Source: Phycisphaerae bacterium (GTDB taxonomy: Bacteria; Planctomycetota; Phycisphaerae; UBA1845; Fen-1342). From it: DNA of 64,000 nt. Within the stretch, counting starts at the first letter, position 1, and each line of letters starts with the position of its first letter. Shown in pieces: positions 45,953 through 54,502 of this stretch. Position numbers and translations under genes: made by a program. Below the pieces are notes generated by a model that worked only from the letters and a program-made list of their open reading frames with translations, ran no database searches and was not told the origin of the DNA. The DNA is taken from the NCBI GenBank assembly GCA_963675745.2, contig CAXXWX010000023.1, positions 128,001-192,000 on the forward strand. Reading direction: 5' to 3'.

Positions 45953-48900
45953 TCAGCTACCCAGCAGCAGCAGAAACGCGTCGATGTCGCCGTTGTTGAT
46001 TAGCCAGTCATAGTTGCAGTCGGCGTTAATGCGGTCGCAACTCGGATTCTGGATGTAGTACTCATCCGGATCGGTGAGCGCCAGTACGAACGGGTCGATG
46101 TCGCCGTTGTTGATCAGCCCGTCACAGTTCAGGTCGCCGCGTCCATCGCACTCGTCGGGTACGCCGTTCAGGTCGATATCGGTGCTGTCACCGAAAGCGA
46201 TATCCAGCACATCGGGCACGTCATTGGCGTTGCAATCGGTGAAGTCGCCTTGAGCAACGGCCAGGTTGTCGTAGCGGCCATCAACCACGTAGTCGGTGGT
46301 CACCGTGCCGGTCTCGAGAAAGCGGAACGCCGACAGGCCCGTGTAGTAGGTGCCGTAGTCACACGTGCCGACGTAGGCGTCATCGGCGTAGATGTCATAG
46401 AGCTGGCTGGCGGGGACCACCTCGATACGGAAGTCAGTCCAGGTATCCGCCGGGCAGAAGCTTTCGAACAACGGCGTGCTCGCATCCATTGGCGTCCAGC
46501 CGCCGGGGGTGCGCGTGTATGTCAGACGCATGTCCGCGTGGTCGATGCACAGCGCGACATGGCCGAACCGAACGAAGTGATACCAGTGAACCTGGCTGTA
46601 ACGGAAGGAGAACCAGAGCGTGTAAGGCTGATTGGGGTCGATCAGAACAGCGGGACCGATCCCCTCGCCGCTGTAGCCCTGTGCCTTGGCGCCGGACACG
46701 TGCAGATTGAACGCCGGCGAGAGTGAATCAACATCGCTGAGCTCGATCGTGATCGCGCCGTCACCGGACCAATACGGCGTCGTGAACGACCAGTCGCTCG
46801 CGTCACCATCATCGAAGGTGTCGATCCAGAGGACGTCGCCGCTCTCGCACTCGTCGGGGATGCCGTTGCCGTTGACATCCTCGCTGGTGCCACCGGCGAT
46901 ATCGCACTCGTCGGGCACGCCGTTGGCGTTGCAGTCGTTTCCGTCAAGCTGGCATTCATCGGGCACGCCATCCGGCTGGCAATCTTGGCTCGTCCCGATC
47001 GCGATATCGCAGTCGTCCGGAACGCCGTTGCCGTTGCAGTCGTTACCGGCCAGCTCGCAGTCGTCGGGAACGCCGTTCGAGTTGCAGTCATTGCCGGCCA
47101 GCTCGCAATCATCCGGGACGCCGTTGCCGTTGCAGTCGTTACCGTCGAGTTGGCACTCGTCGGGCACGCCGTCGGGCTGACAGTCTTCGCTGGTGCTGTC
47201 GGCAATGTCACACTCGTCGGGTTTCCAGTTGCCGTTGCAGTCCTGGCTGGTGTGGTAGCTGAAGATGTCGCACAAGTCCGGGATACCGTTCGCGTTGCAG
47301 TCCTGACTCGTTCCGCTGGCGATGTCACAATCGTCCGGCACGCCGTTGAGGTTGCAGTCCTCGGCCGTGCCGACGGCGATATCGCACTCATCCGGATTGA
47401 GATTACCATTGCAGTCGGGGCTGAAGTCATCGAGCACGTCGCACTCGTCGGGAATGCCGTTGCCGTTGCAGTCGGGCAACGTGCCCTCGGCGATGTCGCA
47501 GACGTCGAGCAAGCCGTTTCCATCGCAATCAAACAGCCGGAAGATATACCCGGTCCCCGGGGTCTCGCCACTATCCATCCAGCCGGGCGCTCCGACGACG
47601 GCCATCTCGCCGTCGAACGCAACCGCCATCCCGAAGAAGTCGTTCGGATCGGCGTCGGCGGCGTGCAGCGTGGCTTCGGCCAGCCAGGCGCCGCCCTGGT
47701 CGGTGTAAACATATGCCGACCCGGCCAGGGGGCCGTTGGCACCGTTGTAGGCGGCACCGATCAGCGCTCGACCGCCTGATATCGCCACCGACCACCCGAA
47801 ATAGTCACCGCCCTGGCCGTCCGATGCCAACAACTTCTGCGTCTCGGTCATATTCACCCAACCGGTTGGCGGCCGCTCGAACAGGTAGGCGGCGCCGGCG
47901 TTGGAACCGAGGTCGTCATCGTGCAGCGCGCCGACCAACACCCAGTCGGTGTCAAGCGCCACCGAGATGCTGAAGAGGTCATCGATGTCACCATCCGACG
48001 CTGACAGCCGCGCCGTTTCGGTGCTGTCAGCCCATCCGCCCTGGGGCATTTCGTATACGTAAGCCGCGCCGACGCCCGAAATGCCGTTCGGGTCGTCCTC
48101 GACCGAACCGACGACGATCGTCTCGCCGAGCACGTCGACGGCGTAACCGAGCATCGGCCAGGGATAGCTGCTGGTCAGCTTGGCCACCTGTGTCCAGATG
48201 TCGTCGAGCGGATCGCCGGGTGTCCCGGCGTCGTCACGCTCGAACACGTACGCCGCCCCATGCGGATCAGCCCCGAAGGCGCCGACGACCGCGGTGTCGC
48301 CGTCGATCGCGAGCGACCGGCCGAATTCCCAATCCCAATCCGTGTCGTTGGCAATCAGTACGCTCTGCGATACCCAACCGTCATCGTTCGGATCGGCCGG
48401 CGTGCCGCCATCGGTGAAGCAGTACACATAGACCGCACCGGCGTCTGGGTCCGCGAGGTTGTCGTACGGCGCTCCGACCAGCAACGTGTCGCCCTGAAGG
48501 TCCAGTGCGGCACCAAACTCATCGGCATCCGGCGGCGGCTCGAGCACGGCCGACTCTACCCAGGCGTAGTCAACGTAGTCGTAGACGAGGACCGGGCCGC
48601 CTGACGACCTGGCCAACGCCGCGCGCCGGCCGTCAATCGCCACGACGCCGCCGAGATCCCACGCCGGCGCGGCTGCGGTTGGCAGGCTGACCTGGCCGTC
48701 GTACTCGCACGACGCACCGAACGGGCTTTCGTAGTGATAGCCCATGTCCACTATGTCGGCGTCGGGCCACTCGTCGGTGCGCGTGGTGCGCGAGTGCATG
48801 CCCAGGCCGGCCGCCCCGGCGCTGCCGCTGTCGACGCAGGGGCTGTCGTTGGGATCACCCGAGGCGACCTGGCTGAGGTAGTAGTCGCCGAGTGGGCCGG

Positions 48901-50302
48901 TGACGAATTCCGGATCAACGTATATGTTGCCTTCGCCGGCCACTGCAGAGCTAAGGCACGAATACGTAACAGTGCCGGGGCCGACGAAGTCCTGAGACAG
49001 GCCGTTGTTCCAGACAATGCAATCGGTAACCGTCACGTCCGTATTGGATTCAATGCCGCCGGTGTTCTCGGTGATCGTGCAGTTGCTGATCACCGCATCT
49101 TCGCACCAGATTGCGCCAGCGTAATCGGCCGAGTTGTTGACGAAGAGACAGTTGGTGATGACCGGCACCGGACCGCCTCCGCCGCTACGAACACTGATAC
49201 CGGCGCCGTGCGCGTCATAGCTGATTTCGTCGTACGCCACGTTATCGCTGAACCGACAGTTGCTGATCCGCGTGTCGGCCTCGCACTCGATGGCGCCGCC
49301 GCGATAGCCGGCCGTATTCCCGGTGAATGTGCAGTCATCGACGGTCACGGTATAGCCATTGCCGGCCCAGGCGACCAAGGCCCCGCCATAAGTGCCCGAC
49401 TCGTTTCCGGAGAACTCGCAGCCGGTGATCGTGGCATTGGCCCACTCGAGGTAAACCCCACCGCCGTAATCGAGCGAGAAGTTGTCGGCGATCACGCAGT
49501 CGGTGATGATGAGCTCCACGCCATACCAGCCGGCGATGGCCGCGCCGTGCGCCCAGAAGTCGCAGGTGTTGTTGGTAATGGTGCAGTCAGCGATGGTCAC
49601 CGTGCCCATGTCGATGGTCCAGATTCCGGAACAGGCGCTGGCCCAGTTGTCGTGGATGTCACAGTGGGTGATTGTGGGACTGCTGGCAGCAGCAGTAATC
49701 GGTGCCGCCCAGTTGTATGAAAACTCGCAGTGGTCGACAGTGGCGTCGCTGTTCATGCTACAGAAAATGGCCGCACCTTCGTGCCCATCATTGTCGTGAA
49801 ACGCGCAGTACGAAATCGAGGGGCTGGCCTCATAGCAGTAAATCGCGCCGCTGAGATCTGATGTCACATTCGGATCTTTGAACGGGTCGTTGCTGATGAA
49901 ATCACAATTGGTGATCGTCGGCGCAGAGCCGTCGCAGTAAATCCCGCCGGCCGGAATGTCCCGCCCGTCTTTGATGGTCAAGCCCTCCAGGGCGGAGTCA
50001 GGACCTTCGCCGGACACGAAGTCAAACGCCCGCCCGTCGTCTTCGAGGTCGATGATGCACGCGTTCGGATCACCGCTGGCGCTGCGGATGGTGATGGCCA
50101 GGCCGGCGAAATCCAGGTTCTTGTTGCCGGCCCCGGTGTAGGTACCGTTGGCCAGCACGATCTCGTCGCCATGCTGGGCAACGTCGAGCGCGTCCTGGAT
50201 GGTCGCATAGGGTGCCGGGACGTTCAGAAAATCGGCCTGGACGACGCCGGTGATCGTGATGGTCATGAGTAGGGCCGCGACGTGAAAGCGGAGTGCGTGC
50301 AT
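45953..50302 (-). CDS. Large secreted adhesin-like protein: parallel beta-helix, FG-GAP propeller, Cys/Asp repeats, lectin-like domain, dockerin-like tail
   Basis: Signal peptide; TIQDALD and GGA/GGI beta-helix repeats; FG.SVA....LVGA repeats; DCNxNGxPDxC repeats; twin NNGDID. GGAGG RBS. Confidence 0.88.
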   Translation of the reverse strand: MHALRFHVAALLMTITITGVVQADFLNVPAPYATIQDALDVAQHGDEIVLANGTYTGAGNKNLDFAGLAITIRSASGDPNACIIDLEDDGRAFDFVSGEGPDSALEGLTIKDGRDIPAGGIYCDGSAPTITNCDFISNDPFKDPNVTSDLSGAIYCYEASPSISYCAFHDNDGHEGAAIFCSMNSDATVDHCEFSYNWAAPITAAASSPTITHCDIHDNWASACSGIWTIDMGTVTIADCTITNNTCDFWAHGAAIAGWYGVELIITDCVIADNFSLDYGGGVYLEWANATITGCEFSGNESGTYGGALVAWAGNGYTVTVDDCTFTGNTAGYRGGAIECEADTRISNCRFSDNVAYDEISYDAHGAGISVRSGGGGPVPVITNCLFVNNSADYAGAIWCEDAVISNCTITENTGGIESNTDVTVTDCIVWNNGLSQDFVGPGTVTYSCLSSAVAGEGNIYVDPEFVTGPLGDYYLSQVASGDPNDSPCVDSGSAGAAGLGMHSRTTRTDEWPDADIVDMGYHYESPFGASCEYDGQVSLPTAAAPAWDLGGVVAIDGRRAALARSSGGPVLVYDYVDYAWVESAVLEPPPDADEFGAALDLQGDTLLVGAPYDNLADPDAGAVYVYCFTDGGTPADPNDDGWVSQSVLIANDTDWDWEFGRSLAIDGDTAVVGAFGADPHGAAYVFERDDAGTPGDPLDDIWTQVAKLTSSYPWPMLGYAVDVLGETIVVGSVEDDPNGISGVGAAYVYEMPQGGWADSTETARLSASDGDIDDLFSISVALDTDWVLVGALHDDDLGSNAGAAYLFERPPTGWVNMTETQKLLASDGQGGDYFGWSVAISGGRALIGAAYNGANGPLAGSAYVYTDQGGAWLAEATLHAADADPNDFFGMAVAFDGEMAVVGAPGWMDSGETPGTGYIFRLFDCDGNGLLDVCDIAEGTLPDCNGNGIPDECDVLDDFSPDCNGNLNPDECDIAVGTAEDCNLNGVPDDCDIASGTSQDCNANGIPDLCDIFSYHTSQDCNGNWKPDECDIADSTSEDCQPDGVPDECQLDGNDCNGNGVPDDCELAGNDCNSNGVPDDCELAGNDCNGNGVPDDCDIAIGTSQDCQPDGVPDECQLDGNDCNANGVPDECDIAGGTSEDVNGNGIPDECESGDVLWIDTFDDGDASDWSFTTPYWSGDGAITIELSDVDSLSPAFNLHVSGAKAQGYSGEGIGPAVLIDPNQPYTLWFSFRYSQVHWYHFVRFGHVALCIDHADMRLTYTRTPGGWTPMDASTPLFESFCPADTWTDFRIEVVPASQLYDIYADDAYVGTCDYGTYYTGLSAFRFLETGTVTTDYVVDGRYDNLAVAQGDFTDCNANDVPDVLDIAFGDSTDIDLNGVPDECDGRGDLNCDGLINNGDIDPFVLALTDPDEYYIQNPSCDRINADCNYDWLINNGDIDAFLLLLGS
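46844..47530 (-). repeat. Intragenic tandem repeats encoding 13 DCNxNGxPDxC-type (TSP3-like Ca-binding) units
   Basis: Counted from the translation; units are 16-20 aa long. Confidence 0.85.
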
Positions 50303-50504
50303 GATTGGGTCCTCCACACCGATATCGCATCCAGGTAATTCCGGGCATCCGACGCCCACAGGCCCTTAAACGACAGCCGGGCCGGGACATGTCGCGAAAA
50401 ATCCGGAGTTCACATGAAACAAGCGAAATCGCGGCGGAGCCGGCCGGCACCTTGCGGGATTGCCGGCCCGGAATGGTGCCTGTGAGGCGGGATGACGAGC
50501 AACC

Positions 50505-52943
50505 TCAAGGTGTTGGTGAGGGGGCACAGTGAGTGCGCAGCCGCCACTCGGCGAGTTCGTACTCGTTCATCGGCATGGGCGGGAACGTCTCGGTATCCAG
50601 CTCAAAACGTGTTTGAATCGCCCGCTCGAACCACACACAGGCCTCATCGACACGCTGAAGGCGGAGGCAGACCTCACCGGCGTAATAGCACGCCTCGCAA
50701 CGCCGTGCGGTGGCGCCGCGCAGGATGGCCTCGGCCAGGAGCGCCTCCGGGGATATTTCGCCGGCCAGGCAGCGAAACACCTGAGTGAGCCACACATCGT
50801 TGCTCTCGGCAAGCGCGGTACGTAATACGCGCTCGGCCTCGGCCGTGCTGCCCTGCTCGCTAAGCATCAGGTAAAGACGCGCATCGCAGTAAAACGGCCG
50901 CGCCAGCAGGATGCGGGCCTGCCGCAGATCCTTGATCGCCTCGTCGGTGCGTCCGAGGATCCACAGCGGCGTCGCGCGCTGGTACAGCTCCCAAGCGTTT
51001 TCGACGGGCTGTGTTTCGAGTTTGAGGGCGAGCGTGTACATCTCGACCGCCTCGGCATACCTGTTCAGCCGTCGAAGCATGTGCCCCTGAAGCTGATACG
51101 AACGGGCATTGTCGGGGTTGAGCGCTGCCACGCCGGCAAATTCGGCGAGGGCTTCGTCGTAGAGGCCCTGCTCAGCGTACACGTGGCCGCGGAATGTCCG
51201 CCACTCTTCCTCATTCTGACCGAGTTCGATCAGGCGCGCGGCGGCTGCCAGCGCCGGGTCGAAGTCGCCGTTGAGCATGCGCAGGTGCGCCACGCGCATC
51301 CACATCAACACATGGTCGGGGGCGCGGCGCACGGCCTGCTCGGCGTATTCCTGGGCGCGGCGCAGGTCAAGCGTGGCGAACGAACGCACATAATACGCCT
51401 CCGCTGTGTCAGGCATTTCCCGGTCGGCGCGAGCCAGGAACTCTGCGGCCCGCGCATCATCGCCGGCCGCCGCGAATATGTCCGCCAGCAGAGCGCAGTC
51501 CGGCCAGGGGGACACGGCTTCCCGCACCGAGCGCTCCAGGTCGCGAATCACATTGTTCCGCGCCAGCGTGTCTTCGTAGGTTGCGCGCGCGGCAACCAGG
51601 CGCACCTCGGCAATCTCGCGGTGGCGCAACAGCGCATCACGGGCGGCCGCGGCGACCTGATTGGCGCGGCCGCTTTCGATCGTCTGCTGGTTCGTGAGTG
51701 CGATGCGCCGCGCGCGATACACGCCGCGCTGATATCGAAGTGAATTCACTGACAGCGCAACTATGCACAGCGCAGCGATAACCGCGGCAAGCGCCACGGC
51801 AAACCGGTGTTTCACCAGCCGCTTGCGTAACACGTACAGGCTGCTGGGGCGCTGGGCGCGAATCGGCTCGCCGGCCACGTAGCGCTTCAAATCTTCGGCC
51901 AGCTCGCGCGCCGATTGATAGCGCCGGTCCTTTTCTTTGGCGAGAGTCTTGAGCAGGATCGTCTCCAACTCAGCGCTGACGACCGCCGCCAGCGCAGACG
52001 GGGGCCTGGGGGGCGTGTCGAGGATTCGCTCGATCACCTGCGACGGCCGACCGGTCGTGTCAATCGGCCGCCGTCCGGTCAGAGCTTCGTACAGCATCAC
52101 TCCCAGCGCGTACACGTCGGTGCGCGCGTCGACCTCTTCCGGGCGACCGGCGGCCTGTTCGGGTGACAAATAGGCCAGCGTGCCCACAATCTGTCCCGGG
52201 AGTGATACACACGTCGTCACCAGGGCCTCGGACTCGGCGTGGTCGGTCGCCTTGGCCAGGCCGAAGTCAACGATGTGTGGTTGGCCATCATCGTCGATCA
52301 GGACATTCAGCGGTTTGAGATCGCGATGAATCACGCCATGCCCATGCGCGTGTTCAACCGCTTCACAAATCTGGACGAACAGGCCGAGCTTGGCCTGTAG
52401 GTCCAGCGATTCGTCGGCGATGTATTCGTCGAGCGGACGGCCGCCCACATAGTCCATCGCGTAGTAGCGTTGCCCGGATACTTCGCCGCTTTCCAGAACT
52501 CGGACAATCGCCGGGTGTTGGAGCCGAGCCGCCAGCTCGACTTCGCGTTCGAAACGCCGCTGCCCGGAACGCGACGCAAACGGCCCGGCCAGCATCACCT
52601 TCAGGGCCACGACCCGCTTGGTCGAAACCTGCAGCGCCTCGTAGACCACCCCCATCCCGCCGCGGCCGATCTCTTCGATCAACTCGTAGCCGGGGATGCT
52701 CGGCAATGGCGAGCGCGCGATCCGTTGCGGGGCGGCCGCGTCGGTCGAACGTTCGCGAACCGTGTCAACCAGCGCCAGGCCCTCAAGATACGGGCGCAAC
52801 GCGCCGGCTAGCGACGTATGCTCGTCGGCAAACTGCTCGGGCGTTAGCGCTTCGCCGGCAGCGCGGCGGTTGAAGTATTCGTCGACCAGCGCCGCAATCT
52901 GCTTATCGGCCGACTCGTCAGGGCTGCGCTTGTCCGTGGCCAT
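50505..52943 (-). CDS. Hanks-type Ser/Thr protein kinase with a TM helix and extracytoplasmic TPRs
   Basis: IGRGGMGVVY, VALK, HRDLKPLN, DFG, GTLAYLSPEQ. The N-terminal helical extension is typical of planctomycete ECF-linked kinases. Confidence 0.93.
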   Translation of the reverse strand: MATDKRSPDESADKQIAALVDEYFNRRAAGEALTPEQFADEHTSLAGALRPYLEGLALVDTVRERSTDAAAPQRIARSPLPSIPGYELIEEIGRGGMGVVYEALQVSTKRVVALKVMLAGPFASRSGQRRFEREVELAARLQHPAIVRVLESGEVSGQRYYAMDYVGGRPLDEYIADESLDLQAKLGLFVQICEAVEHAHGHGVIHRDLKPLNVLIDDDGQPHIVDFGLAKATDHAESEALVTTCVSLPGQIVGTLAYLSPEQAAGRPEEVDARTDVYALGVMLYEALTGRRPIDTTGRPSQVIERILDTPPRPPSALAAVVSAELETILLKTLAKEKDRRYQSARELAEDLKRYVAGEPIRAQRPSSLYVLRKRLVKHRFAVALAAVIAALCIVALSVNSLRYQRGVYRARRIALTNQQTIESGRANQVAAAARDALLRHREIAEVRLVAARATYEDTLARNNVIRDLERSVREAVSPWPDCALLADIFAAAGDDARAAEFLARADREMPDTAEAYYVRSFATLDLRRAQEYAEQAVRRAPDHVLMWMRVAHLRMLNGDFDPALAAAARLIELGQNEEEWRTFRGHVYAEQGLYDEALAEFAGVAALNPDNARSYQLQGHMLRRLNRYAEAVEMYTLALKLETQPVENAWELYQRATPLWILGRTDEAIKDLRQARILLARPFYCDARLYLMLSEQGSTAEAERVLRTALAESNDVWLTQVFRCLAGEISPEALLAEAILRGATARRCEACYYAGEVCLRLQRVDEACVWFERAIQTRFELDTETFPPMPMNEYELAEWRLRTHCAPSPTP

Positions 52944-53122
52944 GCCCACAGATCTCCACCCGGTGACTCGGGCAATCGCCGGAAGATGACGGGCGTGCAA
53001 TCTTTAGCGCCATTTTATCAGAACGACAACATGGCCGAAACGCCGTCGATGCGCTACGGTCAGATCGATATGATGGAGGTGGTGAATCGGCCCAAACCTG
53101 GTGTGTTGCGGGCAATAGGCAC

Positions 53123-53752
53123 ATGGTAGACAGCGGGCAGAATGACGATTGGCTGGACGCGGCGCGGCGGGGTGACGGCCTGGCGCTGGCGAAGCTGCTG
53201 GCCCTGCACCACCCGCAACTGTGGGCGCGCGCCGACGCGCGCATGGACCCCGCTCTCAAGGCCAAAACCTCGCCCGACGACCTGTTGCAGGAAGTCTACC
53301 TTCAGGTGTATCGCCTGATCGGCAACTTCGAGAACCGCGGCCCCGGTGCCTTCCTCGGCTGGGTGCAGAGGATACTGGATCGCAAGCTGATCGATGCGCG
53401 GCGTGCGGCGCACCGCCGGCTGCGCGACGTCGATCGCGAGATCGGTGCCGGCTGCAATGCGTCGGACAGCTCCTACTGTAACCTGCTAGACCGGCTCTAC
53501 GCCGACTCGGGCACACCCAGTCGCGTGGTTCGCCGGCAGGAGGCCGTGGATGCCCTGCCGGCGTGCCTGGTGGACTTGCCGGAAGCGCAGCGCGAAGTTA
53601 TTCGCCTGCGTTTTATCGAGGGTCTTTGTGTGGCGGATGTCGCCCGGCGTCTGGGCAAAAGCGAAGCCGCGGTCGTCGCCCTCGGCCAGCGCGCCCTCGC
53701 CGCTTTGCGCACCTCAATGGACCGCCGCGGCGAATTCAGTTGGGGGCCGTAG
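53123..53752 (+). CDS. ECF sigma-70 factor, planctomycete type
   Basis: PDDLLQEV region 2, ADSGTPS linker, LPEAQREVIRLRFIEGL region 4. Confidence 0.9.
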   Translation: MVDSGQNDDWLDAARRGDGLALAKLLALHHPQLWARADARMDPALKAKTSPDDLLQEVYLQVYRLIGNFENRGPGAFLGWVQRILDRKLIDARRAAHRRLRDVDREIGAGCNASDSSYCNLLDRLYADSGTPSRVVRRQEAVDALPACLVDLPEAQREVIRLRFIEGLCVADVARRLGKSEAAVVALGQRALAALRTSMDRRGEFSWGP

Positions 53753-53907
53753 GGCAAAAGCGTATAGCAGGCCGCCGCGAAAGCGCCGTAGCGTCCGACG
53801 CCCCGAGTCGGACGTCCCAGCGAACGCGAATTTCCCCGCATTCCACGGGCGACTCGGGGTCGGCCGCTACCTTCAGTGGTCGCGCGCGGCTTTCACGTTT
53901 CGGTAGG

Positions 53908-54417
53908 TCATGACGTAGATAAAAGCGATTCCTCCACCGGACAGCCACATTCGGAACACCGAGGGCCTGTCTGTCCGCGCAGATCATATCCACACTGAAG
54001 ACACAGGCCGTTGCGCTCTCTATATGTACGTTGCCGGCGTCGCCGCCAGACGCGGAATAAGTGCAGCGCGGGCCATATGCCGAGCAGCGCAAACAGCAGC
54101 CAGTTCGGCACTGCCACGCCATCCACGACCATATCGCTCTCTGCGGGGAATCGCCAATAAATCTCCACTGGTCCGGCACTAATCGGATCCTCGTTTTCCC
54201 ACTCGCCATCGTGGCGGACGACGACTGTTAACGTACGCGCGTTGCTATCAATCGTCAGGTCCGCGTTGCCTCCGTAAAACCAAAGCATCGCTGATATCCC
54301 CCCGACAATACTGAGACTCCACAGAAACAAGGCTATGGCGAGCAGTGCGGCGTTCGCGATCAACAAGACGCCGGCAACGCGCTCTATGATCTTCCTCACC
54401 ATTGGGGGCATCTCCAT
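53908..54417 (-). CDS. Membrane protein with a C-terminal zinc ribbon
   Basis: TM segments, VAVPNW, CLQCGYDLRG...RCSECG. Start is uncertain. Confidence 0.7.
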   Translation of the reverse strand: MEMPPMVRKIIERVAGVLLIANAALLAIALFLWSLSIVGGISAMLWFYGGNADLTIDSNARTLTVVVRHDGEWENEDPISAGPVEIYWRFPAESDMVVDGVAVPNWLLFALLGIWPALHLFRVWRRRRQRTYRERNGLCLQCGYDLRGQTGPRCSECGCPVEESLLSTS

Positions 54418-54502
54418 GGCGTGCCCCGCGAACGCGCCAGCGACGGCGCGCCGCATTTCGTCATCCTCACCGGCGTATCAGCAATCGGGCCGCGCCGCAG
54501 CT

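Noticed and set aside
30118..46140. Recurring AACAACGGCGA(C/T)ATCGAC read as a CRISPR or DGR repeat
   Set aside because: All copies are in-frame coding for NNGDID, there is no regular spacer array, and no cas or reverse transcriptase gene is in the window.
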